Shown piece by piece: positions 9,140 to 20,828 of a stretch of 64,000 bases of DNA (within the stretch, counting starts at the first letter, position 1; the number at the start of each line of letters is the position of its first letter). A model generated the notes under the pieces. That model made no database searches and was not told the origin of the DNA. It saw only the letters and a list, made by a program, of their open reading frames with translations. The position numbers were made by a program, and so were the translations under genes. Source of the DNA: a virus (Duplodnaviria > Heunggongvirae > Uroviricota > Caudoviricetes); IMG/VR virus record IMGVR_UViG_3300033489_000001, positions 62,023-126,022 of that record. One strand, 5' to 3'.

Positions 9140-11320
9140 TCATATAGACACTGGCAATATGAGATCTCGCAAAACAGTGTTGCGTTGGATTACCTTATCA
9201 TTCGCGATAGCCTTTGAAACAGCCTCGGTTTCCCCCAAAACCCAAACCTTTTCCCGCGCCCTCGTGATAGCCGTGTAAAATAAATTTCGTTGCAACATTC
9301 TGCCTTGAGACCTAACCAGTGGAAGAATTATGGTTTTAAACTCTTCCCCTTGGCACCTATGCACTGTCACGGCATAGGCCAATTTAAGCATAAGCCCCGC
9401 CTGATCTTTTGGAATAGAAACTTTTGCATCGGGGATAGTACCCACTCCATGGATTCTCAATACTAAACTATCCCGGTTGATTTCTATAAGCTTTCCAATA
9501 TCCCCATTATAGATGTTTAGCTTGTAGTCGTTTTTAATGACCATCAACCGGTCACCAACTCGAACAAAAAAGTCCGCTAATTCCCAAGTAGGTTGCCCTT
9601 TATCAGGATTGAGCTGATCCCTCAGAAGCGTATTCAAGTTGTTTACCCCAACAACCCCGTCATATTTTGGGGACAAAATCTGAAAATTAGCATCCCTACT
9701 TTTAAGCTTTGCCGCCATCTTCACAACTAACTCAGCAATTTCGTTCTCATCAGACATTCGCCAAAAACGAAACTCGGAATTTTCTTTAGAGGGCAAATCC
9801 AAAGGAGACGCCCCTTTCCGAATACGATGAGCCGCTAGCACAATGTCACTGGTCTCCGCTTGCCTAAAAACTTGTTCCAGCTTAATATGCGGAACTGCTT
9901 TACAAGCAAGCAATTCACGCAATACGTTGCCAGGACCAACAGAAGGGAGCTGAGCATCATCCCCCACCAAAACCAACATGGTTCTGGTATCCAAAGCATC
10001 TAAGAGGCGATAAAACAACTCCATATCAAGCATCGAAACCTCATCAACAATTACTGCCTGAGTTTCCAATTGATCGAAATTATCTCTGCCCCATCGAAAC
10101 CCATCATATCTTAGCGCTCGATGAATTGTCTGTGCTGCTGCCTCCGTCACGGATGCTAAACGTTTAGAGGCAATTCCAGTTGGGGCCATAAGCATGTAGT
10201 CAATATTGAGCCTCCTAAACAATTGCACGAAAGTACGAATTAGAGTTGTTTTACCCGTGCCAGGGGCTCCCGTAACAACTAAAGCCCGATGAGTTAATAG
10301 TTGGACTACAGCTTCCCGTTGAAGGTCAGACAAGGTAATGTCATTTACTTTTTCGTAGTCCTTTAGAAACGAATCTAAATCAATAATCAACTCTGAAGGG
10401 GCTAGGAATTTTGATAGCATGACCGCTGCACCTCGTTCATAGAGATACATTTCAGGTGTGTATATCCCAACTCCAGGATCTATCTTCACCGCCTCAATCT
10501 TCTCTAACTCAATTAATGCAGCTTCTACTGCCGTAGAAATATTAGGCACATCGAAAGGTCGCGTCTTCTCCCGTATGGACAAATCATTCAAAAGAGAGGG
10601 AACCTCTCCGCGCCGAACAAATAAATGCCCTTGTTGCCGAACCTGATCCCGAATAACCCACAAAACAGCACCAGCAATCCGACGAGGGTCTCCAGCCCCG
10701 ATCCCTCTTTGTTCTGCTAATAAATCCGCCCGTTGAAAAGTAACTCCCTCAATCTCCACCAAACGGTAAGGGTTCTGTGACAGAATCTCTACTGAATCAA
10801 AACCAAAGCGATGAAAAACCGCTGCAATAAGAAATGCCCCAAGTTTATAGCTCTGGAGAAAATCCGATAATGTAGCTATACCAAGAACATTGTTCCATCT
10901 CTCAATAGCGATACAAAGAGCCTCCCGTTCCTTTTCATCAATAGTACATTCAAGAACTTTATCCCCCACAAGAACTTCGTATGTTTGCTTCCCAAAATAA
11001 CTCACAACTTTTTGAAGCAAAGCCGTATCCGAAAAGACATCAACGCATTCCCCTAAAAATAAAGCCACCCCCATAACCGTTTTAGCCCAAGGTTTCCACC
11101 TTTGAACTTTATACTGTCGCCCATACTTAGGATGTCTAGCCCATTCCCCTTCTATCTCTAACGTCGCTCCCGAAATGAGACGTGTGATTCCAAAAAAGTA
11201 TCCCGTAGCCGTGATCATTCTAGGCACGCCTAGGCTGTCACTCTCCATCACATGAAAAGACAAAATGTTATGTGTTCCACTAGTGTGGAACACACGTTCG
11301 ACACAACCACGTATAGGCAT
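9140..11320 (-). CDS. recD2: RecD2-family SF1B helicase
   Basis: N-terminal OB-like region, HhH region (NPYRL), GAPGTGKTT, DEVSM, GDDAQLPSVGPG, YAVTVHRCQG. Confidence 0.93.
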   Translation of the reverse strand: MPIRGCVERVFHTSGTHNILSFHVMESDSLGVPRMITATGYFFGITRLISGATLEIEGEWARHPKYGRQYKVQRWKPWAKTVMGVALFLGECVDVFSDTALLQKVVSYFGKQTYEVLVGDKVLECTIDEKEREALCIAIERWNNVLGIATLSDFLQSYKLGAFLIAAVFHRFGFDSVEILSQNPYRLVEIEGVTFQRADLLAEQRGIGAGDPRRIAGAVLWVIRDQVRQQGHLFVRRGEVPSLLNDLSIREKTRPFDVPNISTAVEAALIELEKIEAVKIDPGVGIYTPEMYLYERGAAVMLSKFLAPSELIIDLDSFLKDYEKVNDITLSDLQREAVVQLLTHRALVVTGAPGTGKTTLIRTFVQLFRRLNIDYMLMAPTGIASKRLASVTEAAAQTIHRALRYDGFRWGRDNFDQLETQAVIVDEVSMLDMELFYRLLDALDTRTMLVLVGDDAQLPSVGPGNVLRELLACKAVPHIKLEQVFRQAETSDIVLAAHRIRKGASPLDLPSKENSEFRFWRMSDENEIAELVVKMAAKLKSRDANFQILSPKYDGVVGVNNLNTLLRDQLNPDKGQPTWELADFFVRVGDRLMVIKNDYKLNIYNGDIGKLIEINRDSLVLRIHGVGTIPDAKVSIPKDQAGLMLKLAYAVTVHRCQGEEFKTIILPLVRSQGRMLQRNLFYTAITRAREKVWVLGETEAVSKAIANDKVIQRNTVLRDLILPVSI

Positions 11321-11321
11321 G

Positions 11322-13247
11322 TTACTTAAGCAAGTTCAGAAATTCATCTTCAGAGATACACTTCGTATTGTTCTTGCGAGCCGCCGCCGCCTTTGTACTA
11401 TTAGATTTGGGATCAGCCAATACCAGGTAAGTGAGCTTCTTACCAACTGATTTCTTCACTTCTCCCCCGGCCCGCCTCACAAGCTCTTCCAATTCAGCAC
11501 GAGGCTTGCTTGAGGCCCCCGTAAAACAGAAGCTCTTGCCTGTGAGCTTACCGTGAATTTTTTCCTCGACTTCTACGCCAAGGATTACCAACTCATCCAC
11601 GATTTGGCTGTTCTTTTGTAACCAAGTCCAAAGGGCCTGAGCCTTGACCGGTCCCAACCCCGCGACCGCCGAAAGCTGTTCAATATTAGCCGCCCTGAGT
11701 TTTGCCAAACTATCATATCCAGCGTCAATAGCCATTTTTATGGTGCTCATCGCGCATCCAGGAATGGACAAAGATCCCAAAATAGTCTCTAAAGAGACTT
11801 TTTTACGATCCGTCAACTTCTTAAGCACCTTTGCTGCCGATTTAGGTCCCATCCGATCAATGGAGGCTAATTCTGCTTCCGTAAGCCTATATAAATCGCA
11901 TACATCCTTAACGAGACCTAAAGAGACTAGTTTCTCAACTAAGATTTCGCCCCACTCCTTGATATCCATAGTGGTAACATAACGTTTGATTCGTCCGATG
12001 GCCTGAGCAGGGCATTCGGCCGTATTAGGGCAAAGAACATACTCGCCCTCTATCTGAGTTGGACTCCCACAAACCGGGCACGCGACCGGAGGCGTTAAAG
12101 CAACATCCGTGGCCTTTGTGACAGAAACTTTAGAAACCACGCGCGGAATGACATCCCCAGCGCGAGCAATAAGGATCTTACATCCAATTGATAGACCAAG
12201 GGATTTGATATAGGCCCAATTGTAAAGTGTCGCGTTAGTGACTACTGCCCCGGAAAGTTGAACTGGATTGAAAACCGCTACTGGGGTAATCCGTCCGCTG
12301 CCTCCCACTTGCCAATCAACCCGTTGAAGAACCGACTCCCTGGTCATTGGGGCGAACTTGAAGGCCACAGCGCCCTTAGGACGCCCATCCACCTCCCCTA
12401 GCTCTAGTTGCTTCACGAGGTCATTTAGACGCACCACAAGCCCGTCAATCTCATAATCCAGCTCATCCCTCTTGAACTGCTGGTACTCCAACCAAAGGTC
12501 GTGTGGGGTCCTAATTCCAGGCATCATTGCCGTGACGTACCAGTTGGGAGTTTTAAGCCCCATAGAAATTAGCCACTCAAATTGATCCCCTTCAGTTTTA
12601 AACTCTTGCCCCTCCGTCACCTGATAAAAGAGGACATTTAAGTGCTCACACCCCACGCCATCATATCTCTTAGAGATACCACTAGCGGCATTTCTAGTGT
12701 TGGCGTAATCCACAAAATATTTGGCGTAGTTGCTCTTGGTAAGGATAATCTCCCCTCGCAAAGTGCCCGTAAACTTTTTGGGGAACTTTCCAGGAACGCC
12801 TTGCATCTTTGCCACGTTTACTGAAATGTCTTCACCTATAGCACCATCCCCACGAGTTACAGCTTGAGAAAAAGCTCCCTCCACCCAACTTACAGAAATT
12901 GAAATGCCGTCAAGTTTTTCCGTAACAAAGAGAGGATCAAATTTAGCCCCAGAACCCATGACCCAAATTGTCAACTCCTCTAAAGTGTTGACTTTCTCCA
13001 AGGAGCCCATTGGATTTGCATGAGCTACTTTTTTCCACTCAGAAACCGGAGGTGCCCCTACAGCAGTTACCGCCGGACTATCATGCTTAAGCGAAGATAG
13101 TTCATCTACCCAAGCATCAAAAACCTCATCCGAGACGGTAGGGACACTATTGTAGTAATCGTGCCGCGCTTGTGTAATTAACTTTTCTAATTCAGCGACA
13201 CGGTCAATAGACGCCTGATCTAAGAGGTTCAAAAAATCTATAGTCAT
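11322..13247 (-). CDS. ligA: NAD-dependent DNA ligase
   Basis: EKLDG adenylation motif, DGLVV, C4 zinc finger, HhH repeats, C-terminal BRCT domain. Confidence 0.97.
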   Translation of the reverse strand: MTIDFLNLLDQASIDRVAELEKLITQARHDYYNSVPTVSDEVFDAWVDELSSLKHDSPAVTAVGAPPVSEWKKVAHANPMGSLEKVNTLEELTIWVMGSGAKFDPLFVTEKLDGISISVSWVEGAFSQAVTRGDGAIGEDISVNVAKMQGVPGKFPKKFTGTLRGEIILTKSNYAKYFVDYANTRNAASGISKRYDGVGCEHLNVLFYQVTEGQEFKTEGDQFEWLISMGLKTPNWYVTAMMPGIRTPHDLWLEYQQFKRDELDYEIDGLVVRLNDLVKQLELGEVDGRPKGAVAFKFAPMTRESVLQRVDWQVGGSGRITPVAVFNPVQLSGAVVTNATLYNWAYIKSLGLSIGCKILIARAGDVIPRVVSKVSVTKATDVALTPPVACPVCGSPTQIEGEYVLCPNTAECPAQAIGRIKRYVTTMDIKEWGEILVEKLVSLGLVKDVCDLYRLTEAELASIDRMGPKSAAKVLKKLTDRKKVSLETILGSLSIPGCAMSTIKMAIDAGYDSLAKLRAANIEQLSAVAGLGPVKAQALWTWLQKNSQIVDELVILGVEVEEKIHGKLTGKSFCFTGASSKPRAELEELVRRAGGEVKKSVGKKLTYLVLADPKSNSTKAAAARKNNTKCISEDEFLNLLK

Positions 13248-13271
13248 CCCTTCAGGCTACACCGGGGAGAC

Positions 13272-13571
13272 CTAAGATTCAAACCTATTAGGTATTTTTA
13301 ACTTTGGGACTTCATCTACAGGCAACTTGCCTGATTTCACCAACTTCGTAAGCTCATCCACCGTTCGTAAGGGAGTCATGATGAACCGAACTTCCTCCCC
13401 TTTATACTTTTCCAAGCACTCCTGTACATCAACAAACTTATTAGAACCATCTTTTTGCTGAATTCGTAGGACCATTCGGCTAGTCATAGGGTCCAGCTCA
13501 ATAATGCCTTCTAAAATAATACCAAGGTCCATTTTAACCCTCATGTTAGGGAGCATAAGCCGCCAGCACAC
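13272..13571 (-). CDS. Hypothetical protein
   Basis: Co-oriented ORF filling the gap between nrdJ and ligA; real start probably MDLGI at 13532. Confidence 0.6.
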   Translation of the reverse strand: MCWRLMLPNMRVKMDLGIILEGIIELDPMTSRMVLRIQQKDGSNKFVDVQECLEKYKGEEVRFIMTPLRTVDELTKLVKSGKLPVDEVPKLKIPNRFES

Positions 13572-15862
13572 GCCGGTTCCATGCTAACGTGCGTTCCATC
13601 CTCATCTTCTACCATAGAGGTATAGTCCACGGATTTATATTTCAGAAGCAGCTCATTCCATCTTTGCTCATCAGCGGGCGTACTAATAGCTTCATTGGGA
13701 ACAAAAGCAAAATCTTTGTCCGCACTAGCAGAAAGTAAAGTTACTCCTGTGAAAAACTCCCGATTTGTCCACAGATAATCGAGAACTTCATCCCATTCAT
13801 TTGGACGAACCATAACAGTATTTGACACGTTATGGTTCAACCCTGGTGAAACAGACTCATCCGCAGTACCAGTAAGAACCCAATTTTGTTGAGTCGATCG
13901 TACCATATCTAAAAACTTAATAGCTGACAGATCATCTTTGATTATAGCTTTAGCTGGTGCTTCAACGGGAAACTCGATAACCCATTTACCATCTGGCTTA
14001 CGCAGGCACATATTCGGATTAACCGATTTGAAAATTTTAAAAACAGGCTCTAACTCGTCTGCTGTCACACGCCGAATATATCTACGAGCGTGGTGAGCGT
14101 GGATTCCAGAACCCACACAATTAAGCTCTAAAGAAGTCGTGCCTGAAGGTTTGATACATGTGGTTCGAGCCGCTGGCCGAATTCCAAGCCGGGCTGCGTA
14201 CTCTATATTCCACTCTTTAACTTTAGTAGCTACTTTCTTTTGATACTCAGGGCTACAAGAGATATCTGGGGAATCCATCATCCCGGTCATCCCAATACCC
14301 AAAAGAGCATCCCGCTTAGCAATGCACTCCGAAACCCACCCTAGGTAAGGCATATCCGTATAGGTTGCCTGAAGGGTACCAATTAAAGTTGCCGCTTTGG
14401 CCGCTGCTTCAAAATCTTCGTAAGAAGTAAACTTAGCAGCATTCATCTCACATAAATTACAAAAAGCCCAACCTGTATAAATCTCTCCAACCTCTACCCT
14501 GATCTTCTTTTCTTCTAACTCCTCCTTAAGCGCCTCATCAATTGTGAGAACTGGGTGCATTCCTACCTCACCACAGGGGTTAGTCCCGTAATCATAATTA
14601 TTTGTGAAAAAGAATCCAGGTTCACCCCACTCTTTTGTCATTTGGAAAATGCGCCTGAACTGCTTCTTCTTTATCTCATCACGCTTAAGAACTACAGAAT
14701 TGTTAGCATTTGCAAACCAAGGATTGTCAACATACCAGTTACCGGTTTTAGCATACATCATTTCGCTATCATCAAAAGAGAACAGAGCGATCATAGCGGA
14801 TCTTCTAATACCACCAGAAAGAACAGCGTCAGCTCCGAAACACATGATTTTATGGCACTCTATAGGACGAAGCTTCCTACCTTGAGCGGCAAAGAGAACA
14901 GAACGAATCCTCTCTAAAGATTCTTTGAGCTTCAAATGACCAGGGGCTTTTCCTCCCGATGTCTTTAAAGGGACTCCAGCTGGACGAATCTTGTAGAAGC
15001 TAAATTCCAAATTAGTTCCATTCTGATAACTTTGGAGTAAAGCCTTTAAAGCTTCTGCCCACCCTTCAATAGAATCCGCTACCACATGATGAGCCACTCT
15101 TTTTTGATCTATGTATCCAATAGGGGCCAACTTCTCCACATGATCAAATTGCACAGAGTACCCCACGCCGCAACCGGACAACAGCAGATAAAGGGCCTCA
15201 GAAAAAACACTGAAACGATCAACAGAAGAAAAAGAACAATTGTAAATCCGATTATTGTTTGCTAAGACGGCCTTCCCCCCAAATTGCATACTGCGCATCG
15301 ATGGAAGAACTCTTTTTTCCCTAACAAAATTAAAAGCTTCCCTGATCTCAGATATCATGTCCGGGAATCGCTTGAGATGCATTTCCTCAACTCTAGCAAC
15401 CGTTTCCTCGTAAACTTCTCGCCTCTTTAACTCTGGTATATAGCGAGCATACTTACTAGCGTGAATGTAATCAGAAAGACCCTTTGGATCTATGGCTTTA
15501 GCCCTCATCTGACGAAGTTCTTGCCGTTGATGACGATATAATATATACGCCTTAGCAACCTTAAACTTACCGTGCTTCATAAGCGCAGTCTCTACAGCAT
15601 CCTGTATTACCTCAACATCTACGATAGTACCAGACAAAGAATTCAAGACAGTTCGGACCACTGCCCCCATAACTTTATCGTCTAAAGGACCATTACTACT
15701 AACCCAAGCTGAACGAATCGCTTTTTGCAACTTCTCGGGATCAAAAGCCTGGAGTGTGATACCATCTCGTTTGCGAACGCTCTCGATCGTTGTACTAATG
15801 CTAATCATGTTATTAGATCCACCGTTAGTCGGCACAACAGCTACAGCTACATTAGTTTGCAT
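13541..15862 (-). CDS. nrdJ: Class II (adenosylcobalamin-dependent) ribonucleotide reductase with ATP cone
   Basis: VRKRDG ATP cone, LPSMR, NPCGE, TTCIKPSGT, C-terminal CAGGLC; no small-subunit gene nearby. Confidence 0.92.
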   Translation of the reverse strand: MQTNVAVAVVPTNGGSNNMISISTTIESVRKRDGITLQAFDPEKLQKAIRSAWVSSNGPLDDKVMGAVVRTVLNSLSGTIVDVEVIQDAVETALMKHGKFKVAKAYILYRHQRQELRQMRAKAIDPKGLSDYIHASKYARYIPELKRREVYEETVARVEEMHLKRFPDMISEIREAFNFVREKRVLPSMRSMQFGGKAVLANNNRIYNCSFSSVDRFSVFSEALYLLLSGCGVGYSVQFDHVEKLAPIGYIDQKRVAHHVVADSIEGWAEALKALLQSYQNGTNLEFSFYKIRPAGVPLKTSGGKAPGHLKLKESLERIRSVLFAAQGRKLRPIECHKIMCFGADAVLSGGIRRSAMIALFSFDDSEMMYAKTGNWYVDNPWFANANNSVVLKRDEIKKKQFRRIFQMTKEWGEPGFFFTNNYDYGTNPCGEVGMHPVLTIDEALKEELEEKKIRVEVGEIYTGWAFCNLCEMNAAKFTSYEDFEAAAKAATLIGTLQATYTDMPYLGWVSECIAKRDALLGIGMTGMMDSPDISCSPEYQKKVATKVKEWNIEYAARLGIRPAARTTCIKPSGTTSLELNCVGSGIHAHHARRYIRRVTADELEPVFKIFKSVNPNMCLRKPDGKWVIEFPVEAPAKAIIKDDLSAIKFLDMVRSTQQNWVLTGTADESVSPGLNHNVSNTVMVRPNEWDEVLDYLWTNREFFTGVTLLSASADKDFAFVPNEAISTPADEQRWNELLLKYKSVDYTSMVEDEDGTHVSMEPACAGGLCSLT

Positions 15863-15872
15863 ATATTAGTTC

Positions 15873-16835
15873 CTATTGGGCGATAGATAGTATGGTTAGC
15901 TCAACCAGTGTACGTTTTGATTGAATTGAGCTTTTTACATCTGTATCTAATTTACATAATCGCCCCATATAACCAACAAGGGACTTAAGATCATGTTTAC
16001 GTGCAACAGGAGCTGCAATATTCTTGTAAGGCCAGTCTTTCATACCTACAATAGTCGCGATATCTCCTTCACTTACACCTTTATCTTGCAGACTCCTAAT
16101 AAGTAATGTCTTTTCAACTTGATTCATTAATGCACGCACTACCGGAATAAGACTGTCATTACCAGAATTCCTATATAATATTGAAAATAAGGTTAATGCC
16201 CGCTCTAAATTTTTAGCCAGCACTTGCTCTGCAACTTGAAAGGGCTCTGCTTTGGGCGTAGGACTAGTTACTAATGTAATATGCTCCTTCTTAATAGTTC
16301 CCGCTTGCCCAACAAAAATAGTGAGCTTCCTTAATTCATTTTCCAAACGGTAAAGATCAGTGCCAACGTATTGAAAAAACATTGACGCTACCGCTTGATC
16401 AATAGATACACGCAAACGAGTTGCTTCAGTTTTAATGAAGCTTATATACCCATCAACTTCCCAAGGTTTGAATTTTTTTCTCTCAACCCGCTTACCCTTT
16501 GAAGCGGCAAAAGCCCATATTTCAGGCAGTTTTTCACTCCGCACTACCGCAACAAGAACAAGAGATCTATCGGAGACGTTACGATTCTCTATGAATTCTC
16601 GTAAGTCTTTGTTCCCTTTCAATTTATTCGCGTTGTCAACAATAATAGTGCGAGGGATTTCCGAATACCTTTCACATAGGTTTACAAGTTCTATATCAGA
16701 CAGCCCATCAGCATCTACTTGAAGCACGTCACGTTTACTTTGACGTGCTTTTTCAATATCTCGATCAAGATAAAAATCTTCATCTCCAAACGCAACTAAA
16801 AAAGGACTAAAAGGAGCTGTTTTTGCAGGTAGCAT
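15873..16835 (-). CDS. holA: DNA polymerase III delta subunit-like clamp-loader protein
   Basis: FGDEDF start, VGTDLYRLENELRKL, terminal D..VKS...LVELTI pattern. Confidence 0.85.
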   Translation of the reverse strand: MLPAKTAPFSPFLVAFGDEDFYLDRDIEKARQSKRDVLQVDADGLSDIELVNLCERYSEIPRTIIVDNANKLKGNKDLREFIENRNVSDRSLVLVAVVRSEKLPEIWAFAASKGKRVERKKFKPWEVDGYISFIKTEATRLRVSIDQAVASMFFQYVGTDLYRLENELRKLTIFVGQAGTIKKEHITLVTSPTPKAEPFQVAEQVLAKNLERALTLFSILYRNSGNDSLIPVVRALMNQVEKTLLIRSLQDKGVSEGDIATIVGMKDWPYKNIAAPVARKHDLKSLVGYMGRLCKLDTDVKSSIQSKRTLVELTILSIAQ

Positions 16836-16841
16836 TATTGT

Positions 16842-17792
16842 TTATAAGAGAGATTCAACGAGAATAGTTTTAAAATGAAAAGGGATATTCAATTTAGTTG
16901 CCTGGTGTCTAACTTGTAAATCTTTGACTTTTCTAGCCAACTTAAACCACACAAGCAAAGGGGCTCTCTTCCCCAATTTTTCTAAGTCTTCTAAACGGTC
17001 TGAATGAATAACCTTCTTAGGATCTACACTAACAATAAGAATGTCATGAAGTATTTGCTCCAGAAATTTTATAGCCAGTACCAAATCCCGATTCATAGTA
17101 TCTATAGAAGAAAAAAGCGATGGTAAGTCCTTATCTAAAGCACTCTGAAGAACTCTTATTACCTGGTCTCTAAGAATTAATTTACCTGAGCCCCAGTAAT
17201 AAACCGCTCTACCTGCTGAACCTTCTCCCATTCGCGCATAAACAAAAGCTTTAGCGCTATCCTCTTCGTATCGCTGAACTACTGATAAAACGAAAGCTTC
17301 CGGGAGTGAGACATATCGCACCTGCCCACACCTGGATAAAATTGTTGGAAGCATCCGGCTTGCAGTCTCGGAAATCAAAAAAAAGCGAGAACGAGCCGGA
17401 GGTTCCTCCAAAGTTTTTAAAAAAGCGTCCGCTGCTGAAACAGTAAAACGATCCGCCCCATCTATAATAAAACAGCGTACCTTAGAAACCGAAGGATAAT
17501 TTTTAGCTTCACTAATTATCCCACGTATATCATCTATACCAATATCTTTTTCTCCAGCGGCTAAAGTGATGATATCAGGATGAATTCCTTTAGCTATTGT
17601 ATAGCACGATGAACACGGGCAGTCCGATTTATGTGTTCCAATACAAAAAGCTTCCTGTGCAGCTTTTAGTACTGAAAATTTTCTGCCAACCCCCTCAGGC
17701 CCCAACAGCAAGATGGGGGACACCAAGCTCCCTTCAACGAAGCGTTGTAGGAACTTTACGCCCTCCTTCTGATGTTGCACTTCCTCCAGCAT
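16842..17792 (-). CDS. holB: DNA polymerase III delta-prime subunit-like clamp-loader protein
   Basis: GPEGVGRK, C..C Zn module with HPDI, AFLKTLEEPP, TILSRC. Confidence 0.9.
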   Translation of the reverse strand: MLEEVQHQKEGVKFLQRFVEGSLVSPILLLGPEGVGRKFSVLKAAQEAFCIGTHKSDCPCSSCYTIAKGIHPDIITLAAGEKDIGIDDIRGIISEAKNYPSVSKVRCFIIDGADRFTVSAADAFLKTLEEPPARSRFFLISETASRMLPTILSRCGQVRYVSLPEAFVLSVVQRYEEDSAKAFVYARMGEGSAGRAVYYWGSGKLILRDQVIRVLQSALDKDLPSLFSSIDTMNRDLVLAIKFLEQILHDILIVSVDPKKVIHSDRLEDLEKLGKRAPLLVWFKLARKVKDLQVRHQATKLNIPFHFKTILVESLL

Positions 17793-17976
17793 TTGAACTA
17801 AGCAACTCTTGCGACCGATTAATAGGTTCTACAGGATCAAAATACAAAACCGCGTGATAATTCTGCCCGCAGCTTTGACAAATGTACCTATGGACCTCTA
17901 CACCACTAGACAGAAGTTGCCCTTTGCATCGTTGGCAACGAATAAAGCCATGAGACGAAATTTCAGAATCCAACAT
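17734..17976 (-). CDS. Small Zn-ribbon protein
   Basis: CQRC...CQSC; probable start MLDSE at 17976. Confidence 0.55.
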   Translation of the reverse strand: MLDSEISSHGFIRCQRCKGQLLSSGVEVHRYICQSCGQNYHAVLYFDPVEPINRSQELLSSNAGGSATSEGGRKVPTTLR

Positions 17977-18181
17977 AACCGCCAACAGCCACGCCCCACG
18001 TATATTTGCATTTGCAGCACTGATATAAGCGTTGGCTCCCGCCCATCTGCCCCGCAATAGGTACTTCAATGGCTAAGATGGAGTCACAATTAGAATTTTT
18101 ACAACGAACTTGCAACTTTTTTGGGGAAACTTCTTCCTTTTTAAGCCCAGGAGCTGTACCAGAAGGATCAACGACACCCAT
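17963..18181 (-). CDS. Small Zn-finger protein
   Basis: CKNSNC...CCKC. Confidence 0.6.
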   Translation of the reverse strand: MGVVDPSGTAPGLKKEEVSPKKLQVRCKNSNCDSILAIEVPIAGQMGGSQRLYQCCKCKYTWGVAVGGYVGF

Positions 18182-18196
18182 AAAATTATCCCCTTT

Positions 18197-18787
18197 TCAA
18201 TAAGTTGTCGGAAAATCTGTGGGAAAAAGATTTTGAAGCATAAAAACGAGCTTATTATAAAGCGCCGCGTTACTGAAAGACATCGAATCCGTACGCTGAA
18301 TAGGGGGGATTAATGAAGGAGCATCCGGGATAGGATTAGAAGCCTTTGCGGGTAACGCTTGCTTGTCTAGGTTATCAACCGACAGGGTGGTTAATAAATT
18401 TTGAATTTTATGGTACTCCGCAAAAGAAAATCCCTCTAAAAACGATCGCAACCCCCCGGCCGGATTAACAGGAGGAGGATACATCACACGATTGGGTTGA
18501 GGTGACGGTATGGGAGAGGGCTGATCTAGAGAGGTAACAACCGGTTTATAAGAGGCTGAACTATAGCGTAAGAAAGGGAAAATCTTACGCCAATCATCCC
18601 CCCGTATAACGACATTATACATTTTGTCGCGAACAAATTCTAAGTACGTCACATCATGAGATTGTCCTGACAAAACACGAGCTTGACCCTCTACAGCATC
18701 CACAATCGCTTGAGCCACTCTAGGGGCATCTGAATACCGTAACGGGGCCAACCGCGTACCACCTACTCTTTGGAGTCTTGAGTCCAT
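18197..18787 (-). CDS. Hypothetical protein
   Basis: Co-oriented 196-aa ORF, proline-rich. Confidence 0.6.
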   Translation of the reverse strand: MDSRLQRVGGTRLAPLRYSDAPRVAQAIVDAVEGQARVLSGQSHDVTYLEFVRDKMYNVVIRGDDWRKIFPFLRYSSASYKPVVTSLDQPSPIPSPQPNRVMYPPPVNPAGGLRSFLEGFSFAEYHKIQNLLTTLSVDNLDKQALPAKASNPIPDAPSLIPPIQRTDSMSFSNAALYNKLVFMLQNLFPTDFPTTY

Positions 18788-18813
18788 TCACCCCAAGCTA
18801 TCTCACAAACTTT

Positions 18814-20765
<1,952 letters not shown>

Positions 20766-20784
20766 GTATGGAACCTTTAAATAA

Positions 20785-20810
20785 CTTAGGGGCAGTTACC
20801 TGCCCCTAAG
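20785..20810 (-). terminator. Rho-independent terminator
   Basis: Perfect 11-bp stem CTTAGGGGCAG/CTGCCCCTAAG, GTAA loop on the minus strand, followed by TTATTT, just after the vWA gene. Confidence 0.75.
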
Positions 20811-20828
20811 ATCTACACCATCAAAAGC

